Origin: a virus
Lineage: Duplodnaviria; Heunggongvirae; Uroviricota; Caudoviricetes
DNA: 64,000 bases
Direction: 5' to 3' (one strand)
Virus record (IMG/VR): IMGVR_UViG_3300024265_000032
Shown: in pieces, positions 1 to 10,565 of the stretch
Numbering within the stretch: the stretch's first letter is position 1
How the letters are laid out: each line of letters opens with the position of its first letter
Notes under the pieces: model-generated
What the model saw: only the letters and a program-made list of their open reading frames with translations
Databases searched by the model: none
Told to the model about the DNA's origin: nothing
Made by a program: the position numbers and the translations under genes

Positions 1-1023
1 CTCCCATCCCTACTCATCGCCATGCACTACTCTGCACGTTACCCGAGTCTATCCTGTACATCAAGGAATCCCCACCAATTCCTGCACAAACGAAGCGGCT
101 AAGCCATCTCGTTTTCCCGTTCACTGGCTTCATGCGCTGTGTGAACGCTCTCCTGTTTTCAACTGGAAGACCAACACGGCTCGAACCTTTCTCACAGTTC
201 TTTATTGGCTCTCCATTAAAAGTACGGGAACCCCCACCTGTTCCTGCAATGACGGTGGTAGCCAATCGGCTACCAGTCGTCTCCTGCGCCACTAGGAGCC
301 ATACCATAAAGACTCCATGACTCTGACACAACCCACAATCTTAAAAGTGCCTACCCCCACCAGTGACACCTGACAATCCCGTGGATTGCCATAATCCCTT
401 CCCCAACTTGTTATCATCGGGGACTCCAGGCGAGTATCAATATCGCAATTGCCTTTTTCGTCTCGCCACGGCAATGACGACTCGCGAACGAGCCTAAGCC
501 TAATTGAATCAGCTAGCTTCCAGACATCAGCTACGATGCCTAATCACTCGACCGCTCTACCACACATATGACTAGCCACCCCCTGACTAGCCTGGGACGA
601 AATAACCCCGGCCTTTCACCGCACAATCGTCCGCCTGGTGCGACCGCCGCCACACCACCTACATGCCGACTGGCCTTCATGTTGGGTTAAGGTAACCGGG
701 TTTTCACCCGACACGCGGGGGGTTTACACCCCCTAATCGCCCAAATCAGACTCTCCGACACACGGGCCAACGCTAATCAATCTACGGATTGATCTCATCT
801 CAGGAACGTATCACCTGAAAACGCTTAGCCCTGATATACCTACGGAACCAACCAACCTTGACACCAACTGAAGCAGATCGCCGACCCCACGACCAAAAAC
901 AAGGGAATTGCTCCGACTCGATGTCCTCTCGCGATGTTGATGGCCATCGCCAATCCCCAGACGCCGAAAACAAACATACACAGAAGCTTCAGACTGAAAA
1001 TCGTGAACATCTTTCTTTTCCTT

Positions 1024-1353
1024 TCAAGACAACGAAGATTGTTTCGGGTCAACCCCGACTTCTTGGTGCTTGTGACGAATGAAGTGAACGACAGGTACCG
1101 CTGTCGCATCGAAGATTTGGACATTTGGCCCGACGAGCAAGCGTAGGTTGTGGAAGAATATCTCTTGTGATTGCTGGTCTACGAAATCCTCTACAAGAAA
1201 TTCAACCTCGGTGCCCTCTGACCAATCCTGATCAGGTCTGTCCAACAACAAAAGCTTGACTTTTCTCATCTCACTCCCTCTGTTTTTTGATACCCGTACA
1301 GACGGGACATCTCTTTGAGGGATTATGACCGTGGTGGGGACACCATCCCGCAA
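1024..1353 (-). CDS. hypothetical protein (109 aa)
   Basis: ORF track; first of a run of same-strand small ORFs; no recognisable motif. Confidence 0.35.
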   Translation of the reverse strand: MRDGVPTTVIIPQRDVPSVRVSKNRGSEMRKVKLLLLDRPDQDWSEGTEVEFLVEDFVDQQSQEIFFHNLRLLVGPNVQIFDATAVPVVHFIRHKHQEVGVDPKQSSLS

Positions 1354-1412
1354 GTATCCACAAAGGGATATTCCATCCTGCCCACTTCAACTGTTTCCAC
1401 ATTTCGGACCCC

Positions 1413-1652
1413 TTAGTCTTCGTGTATGCGAATCCCAAGTAGACGGGCCAATCTGCGCCTGTTGCCTCGGACCCAAATCCCGAGAAACTCCTTACTCGAC
1501 GGAGTCAGACGGAACTTATTGACATGTCCTAACGTGGCCACTCCGTCCTCGTTGACGTACACCCTAACATTGAACGATTCAATCTGTTGCTTTTTCTTTC
1601 TCGGCATTTTTCCAGACCTTTCCACAAATGGTGCAGCCGAGCCACTCTCCAC
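1413..1652 (-). CDS. hypothetical protein (79 aa; start possibly at internal Met ~1607)
   Basis: ORF track; basic N-terminus; overlaps neighbour in a different frame. Confidence 0.3.
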   Translation of the reverse strand: MESGSAAPFVERSGKMPRKKKQQIESFNVRVYVNEDGVATLGHVNKFRLTPSSKEFLGIWVRGNRRRLARLLGIRIHED

Positions 1653-1812
1653 CTCTCGGATCGGCTACCACCTGAGAGTATTTACATCGTGGGCACTTCG
1701 CGCCCTTGACCTTACACCTCGTTACGAACTTCACCCTTTTCGACATTACCCTATCACCCCCGAGTTGATCCCGATGATGATCAAGAATGAGATAAAAGCA
1801 ATGACCAGACAT
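1579..1812 (-). CDS. Zn-ribbon protein (CPRC...CTIC); likely start at internal MSKR ~1746
   Basis: two CxxC pairs in translation. Confidence 0.4.
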   Translation of the reverse strand: MSGHCFYLILDHHRDQLGGDRVMSKRVKFVTRCKVKGAKCPRCKYSQVVADPRGGEWLGCTICGKVWKNAEKEKATD

Positions 1813-1843
1813 GCCGCCATAGTCGTTTGTTTGTCCATGTTTT

Positions 1844-2062
1844 TCACCTACCCCTTAAAGCACCAGCCAACCGCCCTGACCTGTCCTTGATGAACGTGTG
1901 CCCTATCCAGACACCCCCCATTGGTTTTCTGATTGGAACGAACCGTTCCGTCTTTCGCTCCCCACACCCAAAGTCAATCACCCATATACGCCCACACTCG
2001 ATGCAGTACTCAGCCATGAATTCGTCATGGACCGGTCTCCGTTTGTTGCATTTGCACATCAT
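1844..2062 (-). CDS. Cys-rich small protein (72 aa)
   Basis: ORF track; CxC/CxxC motifs. Confidence 0.4.
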   Translation of the reverse strand: MMCKCNKRRPVHDEFMAEYCIECGRIWVIDFGCGERKTERFVPIRKPMGGVWIGHTFIKDRSGRLAGALRGR

Positions 2063-2385
2063 TCGACCCTCGTCAGTTGTTCCACTCTGAGCTTACTTAT
2101 TTCCGTCACGCTCATCTCGGTTTTGACCACAACAAGACGCGCAATTTGTTTCGGAGTAGTGAAATTGTTTCTCGTCCTATACGCTTCGATGATCGCGCCG
2201 CTGAGGAACCATTCACCAGCGAGAGGCGGTCGGAATTCACCAGCCTTCACGCATACGATGCCAATTTCCCCAGGCGTGAATGGACAGGCTATTGCCTTGT
2301 TGATATTGAAGTCACCATTGATACCTAGAGCCTGTATGTCCTCGAAAGTCGGACGGTCATTCAACGGATAGCATCGACCTTTCAT
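2059..2385 (-). CDS. hypothetical protein (108 aa)
   Basis: ORF track; stop/start overlap with downstream gene. Confidence 0.45.
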   Translation of the reverse strand: MKGRCYPLNDRPTFEDIQALGINGDFNINKAIACPFTPGEIGIVCVKAGEFRPPLAGEWFLSGAIIEAYRTRNNFTTPKQIARLVVVKTEMSVTEISKLRVEQLTRVE

Positions 2386-2424
2386 TCTGTGCCTCCTATT
2401 GGTATGTCGTGTCCCTTCGTTCTA

Positions 2425-2697
2425 TTAGTTCGGTTTGAACACCCCTTTACAACAACCACAAGCCAAACAACTTTGTCCGATCACCTTTTCCGACCCGTGA
2501 CGACCGCAATTACCGCACTTTGAACCACAACTCAAGTTCAGACGAATTGTTCCAGCCCCTGCCCTATCGAGTAGTTGTTCCAATTGACTACGGACCAAAG
2601 CTATATCGGACAGCATATACGCTATCTCGATATCGTTTGGGTATTGTTCGAGTAGTTTCCGAGTCCGAACTTCGACCATTTCTAGAGTCGCACTCAT
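2425..2697 (-). CDS. Cys-rich hypothetical protein (90 aa)
   Basis: C-terminal CGSKCGNC...CLACGCC cluster. Confidence 0.45.
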   Translation of the reverse strand: MSATLEMVEVRTRKLLEQYPNDIEIAYMLSDIALVRSQLEQLLDRAGAGTIRLNLSCGSKCGNCGRHGSEKVIGQSCLACGCCKGVFKPN

Positions 2698-2796
2698 CTT
2701 TTACACCCTCCGTTTGCTTTCCACATAAAGAAGGCAGAAAGCAACATACAACAGATAGTCTATTTCTCATACGACATTTCGTATCACCGTTTCTTT

Positions 2797-2946
2797 TCAC
2801 GTCACCGCACAGTATGCCAGAATGATCAGACAGACCACGATTATCGGCCACATGAGAATCCGCAGTGCAATACAACAGGCAACGAATGCCGCAAAACAAC
2901 ATGCCCCTAGAGCCACGGCTACTGTGAAGAATGTTTCTAAGAATTT
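2797..2946 (-). CDS. small hydrophobic membrane peptide (~49 aa, MKFLETFF...)
   Basis: GGAGACG spacer ATG on minus strand; almost entirely hydrophobic; nested in longer track ORF 2797..3207. Confidence 0.4.
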   Translation of the reverse strand, partial: KFLETFFTVAVALGACCFAAFVACCIALRILMWPIIVVCLIILAYCAVT

Positions 2947-3211
2947 CATTTTCGTCTCCATCCTCCGTTCGCTTTCCACATGAAAAACGCCGAAAGTATT
3001 AAACAACATATGGTCCATTCTTCGTATGACACTTTGTCTCCTTACGGCAATATGATATCCAGCGCTGCCATCACCTCTCCGAACCCGCCTGAGAAACCCA
3101 GTGCAACCATTCCGCATCCGGGACACTTGACGATGTTCGGCGGTGTGAAGTTTTCCTCGGTCGAGAACGTTGTCTGACATCCAGGACATGTTTCCATTCG
3201 TGTCCACTCCT

Positions 3212-3433
3212 TTACACTACGTCGTCAAGTTCCATTTCCTCGATCAGCTTAGCGGATTGCATGATCAACACCTTGACTCCGGTAAGTACCCCAGCGATCA
3301 GCATGGCAGCTTCTTTTTTTGCTGCATCTTCGTCGTCGATCACAGGTTTTTCCCCGCTACGATCCAACAACGCCTTGATTACCGGGTTGATGAACTCATT
3401 GTGACCTTCCAACAGTTGCTTTATCGCACTCAT
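3212..3433 (-). CDS. hypothetical protein (73 aa)
   Basis: strong RBS GGAGGT ~5 nt upstream of ATG on minus strand. Confidence 0.55.
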   Translation of the reverse strand: MSAIKQLLEGHNEFINPVIKALLDRSGEKPVIDDEDAAKKEAAMLIAGVLTGVKVLIMQSAKLIEEMELDDVV

Positions 3434-3612
3434 TTCTTACCTCCATCCGGGAGACAACGCTACTGGGTCAATCACTTGACTGATAACATCGCCGCTCAGG
3501 AAATAGATTCGAGATGTCTCATACGATTCACGCACCGCTAACACACGAGTACCGTGTAAATTATGGTACGGTTGGAGTTTTGATGGCTGATTGATCCACA
3601 TACGTTCTACGG

Positions 3613-3870
3613 TCATTTTTCACCTCGAAGCACATTTGCCACATCTTCCTTACACTGAGTATAGCCTTCGTCGTATATGTCTGTCATGTTGCTACACGGT
3701 GGGTCTCTTTTCTCACCCAGCCCCTCGACTACTGCAATCGCGCCATCCTTGATACCCTCGATATGGCCAAGCAGAAGACGAATACACGCCATCAGACGTG
3801 CCTCGTGTGGTGTTGATCCACGTTCATTGCTGAGACGAGACAGTTTCTTTGCCATTGTCCATGTCTTCAT
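3613..3870 (-). CDS. hypothetical protein (85 aa)
   Basis: ORF track. Confidence 0.45.
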   Translation of the reverse strand: MKTWTMAKKLSRLSNERGSTPHEARLMACIRLLLGHIEGIKDGAIAVVEGLGEKRDPPCSNMTDIYDEGYTQCKEDVANVLRGEK

Positions 3871-3906
3871 CGGTCATTATCCGATAGTCGTCTGCATGAG
3901 TCAACA

Positions 3907-4200
3907 TTATGTGAATACCCTCCTCAAGTTGTCGTTCAATTGACGCTTCAGAGACTTGTCAACGCCCTCTCCCGTTGTCGTCTGGCCATTGCCTCTCGCC
4001 ACGATTTTGTAGTTACCGGCAAAGAGATAGGACGGTGATTTGCCCTTTTCTGCAATAACCCAAGCATTTCCTGGATTGTCACAAGACGTACCCTTGTACG
4101 ATTCTGGACATTCCACGACTATGTATCGCCTGCCTTTCCAGTCATCATAATCCCACGTAATCTCGATCGTATCCCCTGGCTTGGCATAGTCATCTGACAT
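3907..4200 (-). CDS. hypothetical protein (97 aa)
   Basis: ORF track; AAGG RBS. Confidence 0.5.
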   Translation of the reverse strand: MSDDYAKPGDTIEITWDYDDWKGRRYIVVECPESYKGTSCDNPGNAWVIAEKGKSPSYLFAGNYKIVARGNGQTTTGEGVDKSLKRQLNDNLRRVFT

Positions 4201-4215
4201 TTCGTGTACCTTCTT

Positions 4216-4446
4216 TCACGCTGGTCCTTGGTATTCCAACATGACCTGAATCAATCGACCGACGAAACCAATGCTGAATGAGTAGTCAGGGTGTGTGTTA
4301 ATGCTCCATGTGCCAACACTTTCAAATCGATGTAGAGTTCCAATGACTTCATCTCGCGAGATGATGTCGTACTCGATCACTTTCCCTTTACCGTTACTGA
4401 CTGCGGCCCTCAGAGACGGTACACCACTGTCCACAAGTATCTTCAT
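4216..4446 (-). CDS. hypothetical protein (76 aa)
   Basis: strong RBS GGAGGGGG upstream. Confidence 0.5.
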   Translation of the reverse strand: MKILVDSGVPSLRAAVSNGKGKVIEYDIISRDEVIGTLHRFESVGTWSINTHPDYSFSIGFVGRLIQVMLEYQGPA

Positions 4447-4643
4447 TTTCCCCCTCCACGTATTTCTGTTCCCAGAGTTTTGAGTCGATAATAGACAGTA
4501 CTCAAGGAGACGTTTGATTGTTCGGCGATTTTCTTGGCAGACATTCCTCCCTCATAACAATTTCTGGTCGCCATGAGAGTACACATTCTATGCCAAGTCA
4601 CTATGCTTTCTCCAAACCGAGCCGATTGATCAACAGCGACCAA
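4443..4643 (-). CDS. small HTH DNA-binding protein (sigma-70 region-4-like helix-turn-helix)
   Basis: segment MSAKKIAEQSNVSLSTVYYRLKTL resembles region-4/LuxR-type HTH. Confidence 0.45.
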   Translation of the reverse strand: MVAVDQSARFGESIVTWHRMCTLMATRNCYEGGMSAKKIAEQSNVSLSTVYYRLKTLGTEIRGGGK

Positions 4644-4817
4644 GTCTCGGAGATATCCAGAAGACTAAACCCGCCACGATCTTTGACTCCAACGATCTGC
4701 CACTCACAAAGAGTTTCGCAAAAACACAGGAACCCCATCAATCTTGAGTCTTTGTATATCGAATAAGTGATGACAAACCCGCGATGGCAAGTACCTGGCT
4801 TGAGAGAAATGTCCATC

Positions 4818-5048
4818 TTACCCTACCTTTCGCGCCATCCCACACTTTCGGACGAATCCAAGTAAACCCCATCTTATCGGGACTCTGGCTTTTGCCGCGT
4901 GCAGACAGATAGACAGAACAGTGAACACATGTATCGCCTGCTCATCCCCGGTAGGATTCGTGGACACTTCTTTTAAGTCATGCCACGCTTTGTTGTATCG
5001 CCTACAGAGATTCAGATATGCACGTTTATCTGACTTCTTGTACCTCAC
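4818..5048 (-). CDS. hypothetical protein (76 aa)
   Basis: ORF track. Confidence 0.3.
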   Translation of the reverse strand: MRYKKSDKRAYLNLCRRYNKAWHDLKEVSTNPTGDEQAIHVFTVLSICLHAAKARVPIRWGLLGFVRKCGMARKVG

Positions 5049-5290
5049 TACAGTTCGCCCACTTGTCTGGCCGTTTCGTCTATGAAATCCTGGCTTAGGC
5101 AGAATTTTCCCAGTGTGGAGAAATGGAGTCTGCCTGATACACTGTATATTTCACAAACGACTGTGACTACATCCCTGGTCGTGTGGACCGTATAATCAGG
5201 TCCAGTTTCGTCGTCACAAACCACCACTACGGGAGTACAATTGCTATTCACAAAGATCATTTCGCCACCTCCGAATTTGCCAGAATCCAC
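5048..5290 (-). CDS. hypothetical protein (80 aa)
   Basis: ORF track. Confidence 0.4.
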   Translation of the reverse strand: MDSGKFGGGEMIFVNSNCTPVVVVCDDETGPDYTVHTTRDVVTVVCEIYSVSGRLHFSTLGKFCLSQDFIDETARQVGEL

Positions 5291-5371
5291 ATGATTTCGT
5301 TCGCAGATAACCCCTCGTTTTCCAAATCGCCCCGAGTCAATCCCGTTAGGTCGATCTCCACCGCACTTGAA

Positions 5372-5842
5372 TTAGTCAACCAAGCTATCGTCCATGTCTT
5401 GTCCACATTCGGGACAGATTGGCCAACCAGATTCCCTTAAACAACTAAGGATTGTTGTTATGTTCATTTTGAGATGAGCCACCTTTTCGCATTTGGAACA
5501 TGTGAGTTCTACGTCAAACACATGTTTATGGGCGTAGTTCTTCAAGTGCTCGATCTGGCCGTCGATTCCTTTCGGAATAGGTAATACCGTGTTCCATCTT
5601 TGGTATTCGCGCCAACAATCGGGACAACAGAGGTGTGTCGTCTCTCCATCTGGAACTTCTGGGTTGTCGTGTGGTCTCCTATATCCGTTTCCAGTCCTTG
5701 CCTTTTCTATCGCCAACCCTTTTGTTGGCGCTCCAGGCATATTGTGATCAGGACGGTGGTTGCCAGACACACAAGTTGTTAATTTTCCGTTAACCCCACG
5801 AACTCCGTCACAGGTGGCTTTGTATACGACTTCTGTTGTCAT
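5372..5842 (-). CDS. multi-Zn-finger protein (~156 aa; start MTTEVVYK after GGAGGG)
   Basis: CCPDCW...CSKCEK...CPECG motifs; RBS GGAGGG before second Met. Confidence 0.5.
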   Translation of the reverse strand: MTTEVVYKATCDGVRGVNGKLTTCVSGNHRPDHNMPGAPTKGLAIEKARTGNGYRRPHDNPEVPDGETTHLCCPDCWREYQRWNTVLPIPKGIDGQIEHLKNYAHKHVFDVELTCSKCEKVAHLKMNITTILSCLRESGWPICPECGQDMDDSLVD

Positions 5843-6014
5843 TTTCGTACCCTCCAAAAACGACCGAATAAGGTAGATTTCCTACTACCGTTGGCTCTGC
5901 GCCAGTGGGTGGGTAATTCCCACTATTAACCCGTTGGACGCCTTACGGCTTACCCATCGACCCATCAGAGAGATGGTTATTCGGTTCCAAGCAAATATGA
6001 TAATAGCCAGATTT

Positions 6015-6194
6015 TCACGGAAATCGCCTAACGTCGCTTGCTATTGTTTTCACGTCTACCAGTTCAACTTTTAGGCTCGTTGTTTTCTCCGCTGTGACTC
6101 TCAACACATGATCAACATGAAAGTCAGCAATCCGTATATCTTTTTCCTCCATTATACAAATGTCTTTCCCGTCGATGATTATGTAATATGTCAT
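6015..6194 (-). CDS. hypothetical small protein (~59 aa, MTYYIIIDGK...)
   Basis: GGAGGT RBS 9 nt upstream on minus strand. Confidence 0.4.
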   Translation of the reverse strand: MTYYIIIDGKDICIMEEKDIRIADFHVDHVLRVTAEKTTSLKVELVDVKTIASDVRRFP

Positions 6195-6829
6195 GGTGTT
6201 TAACACCTCCAAAAGCACATGACGATAGCCATCGACGAATACGACGATAGCATAAGATCGTATGACGATCACGATCAAATCTCGTACTCCCAACGCCATT
6301 TTCCCCACTCTTCCCCACACGGTGACATTGTCCTCCACACGGGTGAAAAATCACATATAGGGACCAAACGAGGCTCATATGAGGCGCGACTGTGCAGTAG
6401 GAAAAGGTGGGTTTTTGGCCCGATAAAGTCACTTTTTGTCTCGATCTACCCTATACCACCTTTACAAGGAACACAAGGAATGCAGAGCGCTCGGAAATGG
6501 GACGGACTGGGATTTGGCGCCTGGCACACAGGCACACCAAGACTGTCGATGAAAAACCCGGAAACTCTTTCTCAGAACCCCGGATAGTTTCCTCGGCGCG
6601 CTATGTTTCTATGTTGGACCTATAACGTACTGATGGTAAACCCTACGATGGTTCCCAACAAGAACATAAGCCACATGCCCACTTTCATTGACATTTCATT
6701 TCCCCTACATTGTGACGGCGATTGACACCACCACTACAACCACCGCGCCAGCCACGATCCAATCCAGGACCGTAACCATGCAGTGCATCAAACTCGTGAC
6801 ACGTTCTAGCATTTCATTTCCCCTTAAAC

Positions 6830-6902
6830 ACGGTCGGACAGGACTCGAACCTGCAACCTTCCCCCGACTGGGGATGCGCTGCCAATTGCGCCACCGACCT
6901 AG
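6830..6902 (-). tRNA. degenerate tRNA-like (Asp-like, GTC in a shortened anticodon loop); probable pseudo-tRNA
   Basis: reverse complement reads GGTCGGTGGCGCAATTGGCAGCGC...GGTTGCAGGTTCGAGTCCTGTCCGACC: canonical D-arm and T-arm (GGTTCGAGTCC) but the anticodon arm has only a 5-nt loop; T-arm region resembles the tRNA-Asp at 63262. Confidence 0.45.
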
Positions 6903-7891
6903 AAAAGACACGCGCCAACCCACCTTCACGCGCACTCAGACTATTGCGAGTTATTAGCCCGCAGTAGCTGACTCCCGACCCGTAGGTCCGTTCCTCTACT
7001 TTCTTTTGGATAACATCCAGGCAGATATAATCTGGCAATCTGTTTCTTCCCTGGATGGTTTCATGTATCCTTATTTTAACGACTATCCGAATCGAGACTG
7101 CCGCGCCAGTGCGGTTATCCAGTTTATTCGATCCGCCGTCGTGTCGTGTCGTTCGGGTGTATCCCAACTTTCCAATGACTCACAACTGCCCGCTGTGCGC
7201 CATCGAATGTGGCCTCAAGACAAGAATTGAACCGTGCCTCATATCCGACCCGCCGACCATCGGAAGTTTCAGCGAACTTCGTCCGACCATTGTGAGAGAA
7301 ATCAAAGAGGATTAGTTTACAAGACTTGCGCGAATGAGCCCCTATCCCACGACAAAAAAAGAGCCTATCACCTGACTGACGAGCGGTTTCCCGAGACGAT
7401 TCGAGAGATAGTAATACACGACAAAGACCCTTTGCTGTCTTGCTCCCACGGTGGCTGACACCCGGACCTTGCCAGACAGATAAGGAATCGTGTAGACGAA
7501 CCGTCACTTATATCCGCCCACGTCATTGACGTAGACTGAGTCTGCAATTCAGACTCTGCGTTTTGCCGCTTCTTGGACTGGCTTTTGACCGATAGCCTTG
7601 ACGATCCCGGTTCAGACCATTGACGCGCTTCCTGCGCCGTCGCCGACCGTACTGCGGAGACTACAGACCTACTCCCCAACCCATTCCGGGGATACCCGAC
7701 GCTTATCGGACTTCCCGCTGAAATTGGTTATGGGAACCGCTGACACTGATTCTAAGTGTGCCTATAACGACAGGGTGCTACCCTGACAAGCGGCTCTATC
7801 CTGACTTATGTCAGAATGTCCATCGTAAAGCGCCCCGACGATTCGAGGCGCTTCGAGTCAGACACTCTACTCGGACTGTGGACCGACGAGA

Positions 7892-8224
7892 CTAGACCTT
7901 GCCCAAATCCTTGAACGCCTTGCGCGTCGCGCCGGTTGTCGACCTGAGTCCCATAAGGGTCTCTGCGATCGTGGCCGCGTTATCGGACCCGAAACCCAGT
8001 TCACGGTCGGGGGTGTACTGACCACCCTCTACGACCTGACTTTCGAGCGATTCCCACGCTGCGGTCAGACCTGCGATGGCGTCATCGACGTTATCGTACC
8101 CCGAGCACGCATCGACAATTCGCTTGTGCTGACGATACGTGACGGCGTTTGCCAAAAACGCATCCTGACCGAACTTCTCGGACGTTCCTTGGGCATCATT
8201 CTTGACAGCGGTGTCAATGCTCAT
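7892..8224 (-). CDS. hypothetical protein (~111 aa, start MSIDT after GGGAGA)
   Basis: RBS GGGAGAAACGT-ATG; last minus-strand gene before the repeat region. Confidence 0.5.
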   Translation of the reverse strand: MSIDTAVKNDAQGTSEKFGQDAFLANAVTYRQHKRIVDACSGYDNVDDAIAGLTAAWESLESQVVEGGQYTPDRELGFGSDNAATIAETLMGLRSTTGATRKAFKDLGKV

Positions 8225-9039
8225 ACGTTTCTCCCGTATTGACTTGCCGCCCCAAGAGCCGAGACTACACCGTCCTGACTTATGGGACGGGCCTAGTAGA
8301 CTCGTTATCGGAACATCACTTATTCGGACCAACCTTGCGTCGGCCACTTATTATCGGTCCCTCGCGGGACTTCGGCTTGCGTCCGAGAATAACGAACCGG
8401 ACCTAGCGTCCGTTTTCGTTCTCTCGTTTTTCATCCTACATAATACTCTATGTAAAGTTATACAAAACGTCAAGCGCGGATTGAAAATAAATTTTCGGCC
8501 CTGAGAGCCGTCAATCGTCGATATTATCGCACTTTGTCCGATAATGCATGATTTGATTTACGTCCGCTTTTTGAGATCATTTATCGGTCAATTGCCTATA
8601 ATATCCCGTTTATCGCGCCCTAGAAGCTGATTCTTATCGGAAAGTCCTATAAGATGTGTTACGCGAGTCCTATAATGCGCGAATTATCGGCAAAAAGCGT
8701 CCTATAACCGTTAAAATCGCGATATTTTCGGTCGATTCCGATAAAAAAGCACGCCCTATAACGAAATCACGGTTAATTGGGTCAAAAACCATGATATTAT
8801 CACACGTACATAACGATTCCCGGAACGGTCCGATAATCCCGCCCCGCGCTACGTCCGATAACCCTCTGGGGGGAGGAAGGTCCGATAAGCAAGACGAGGA
8901 AGAGTCCGATAACCATTTGTCCACGAACGTCCGATAACACAGGGACCGATAACGAAAAACCCGCTTGGCCCGATAACGGGCATGGCGGTCCGATAACTGC
9001 TTTGTGGCTGGTCCGATAACCCATTCTGCGCCATACGAT

Positions 9040-9200
9040 ATTCTCGGCCCTATCCGATAAGTATTCGTGTCCACGCATACAAACCAAACTGTTATGTGCC
9101 ACGTCCGATAATCGCCCACGGCCCAACGTCCGATAATTTTCTGGTCTGCGCAAAGAAAAAGGTCCGATAATTCGGACCCCTGATCTTTTTAGTTATCACC
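9040..9200 (+). repeat. higher-order repeat copy 1 (~120-150 bp conserved core ending in near-palindrome GGTCCGATAATTCGGACC followed by T-run)
   Basis: ...aagtattcgtgtccacgcatacaaaccaaac...acgtccgataat...cggtccgataatt...gcgcaaagaaaaaggtccgataattcggacccctgatcttttt. Confidence 0.7.
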
Positions 9201-10229
9201 CCTTAAAGGATTGGTCCCATAATGTGCCGATTCGCATACTCCCGATAACCGCCACAAAGAGCGATAATCTTCCGAGTTGGAAGGACCGATAACACCCATT
9301 CCAGCGTCCCGACCGCACAGTCCGATAACTCCAAATGGTCCTGGGTATGGTCCGGTAACCTGTCTCGCAGAATTCCGTCAATTACCGGACGTTCCCACAA
9401 CGTCCCGAAGGCTGGTCCTATAATCAGGAAATCATCGGCTGTGGTCCTATATCTACACATGGTCTACTCCTTGTTATCGGCCCAAGAGGGGCGAGGTTCC
9501 GATAACCCCACCCGCTCTCCGTCCGATATTACATGCCAGCGGTTCCGATAAGCTCGCCCGGTGTCTTGATTATAGGACGACCCGAACTGATTTGGTCCCA
9601 TAATCTCAGGTCCACTTTGCCGACATTATCGGCGTCGTCAACGTCCGAAAACAACAGACAGCCGAAGTACCGATAATCGTTCGCCAGCCGTCTTTTCAGT
9701 GCTGCTTTAGCCCGATATTTCTTTGTTGCGAAGCTGCACATCCCATAAAGTGCGCTATGGAAAGGTCCGAGAACTTGGCACAACCACCCATTCTGTACTC
9801 GGACGTAGTTGTATCGGACTGTCTTTTTTCGGGCGCTCTTGAACTGGAGCACTGTGTCCGATAATACGACTCGACCTGTCTGTCCCATAACTGCCATGAT
9901 TGACTCCCGTCCTATAATTATTCCGACAATCGCCTCGCGATTATCAGACGTTCCCGCTTGCTGAACTTCCGATAACGTAATCGGGCCACCAAGCTGTTGT
10001 TAGTCCCATAACGTGCGCTCGCCCACAGGCCGAGTCCGATAAATCCATAAACTGCTACTTCAAAAGAATGCGCCATCAACCAGAGTCCGATAAAGATGAT
10101 GATCGGAAATGCGACACATCCCATTATCCATCCGATAATAATTGTCTCGCCTCCGGGCGCTTGACTATCGGATTTAACGTCCGATATTTTGCCGCTTGCC
10201 ACTAGGTCCGAATAGTCGATGAGTCCCAT

Positions 10230-10565
10230 AATTTATTCCCTTTCGTGCTTACACTGAAGTATAGGATACCTGCGCCGGAATGTCGAGCCGATAACCTATA
10301 AATCCAAAAAACTTTCTTCGTCCTATAATGTGCCCTTTTCTGTCCTGCTGCCCCATGCGTGCATTATATGCCACGCCCAATAATCCTCACGCCCCATAAC
10401 TTCGCCGCGCTACAAAACCGCGATTCTGAGCCCCAATCCGAATACTTATCGGCCACACATACGCACGCCAAACGATTACCGGCCACGTCCTATAATAACT
10501 CACGGCCCTACGGTCCGATAATGTTCTAATCGGCGCAAAAGAAAAGGGTCCGATAATTCGGACCC
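10230..10565 (+). repeat. higher-order repeat copy 2 (same core, ~1.39 kb downstream of copy 1)
   Basis: ccgaatacttatcggccacacatacgcacgccaaacgattaccggccacgtcctataat...ggcgcaaaagaaaagggtccgataattcggaccc; also shares the upstream segment cctttc..tgc(t)tcac..ac..tat.. with copy 3. Confidence 0.7.

Noticed and set aside
14-474. ORFs 14..331(-), 132..320(+), 292..474(-)
   Set aside because: There is no RBS and they overlap each other on opposite strands. The window edge prevents judging context, so they were left uncalled.
7190-7300. Second tRNA-like T-arm (gaattgaaccgtgcc)
   Set aside because: No compatible acceptor, D-arm or anticodon arm could be built around it.
6124-7786. ORFs 6124..6432(-), 6219..6587(+), 6814..7167(-), 7124..7507(-), 7368..7679(-) and others
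   Set aside because: They overlap mutually on both strands in a GC-rich region with no RBSs. One of them covers the tRNA-like sequence. They most likely reflect non-coding sequence.
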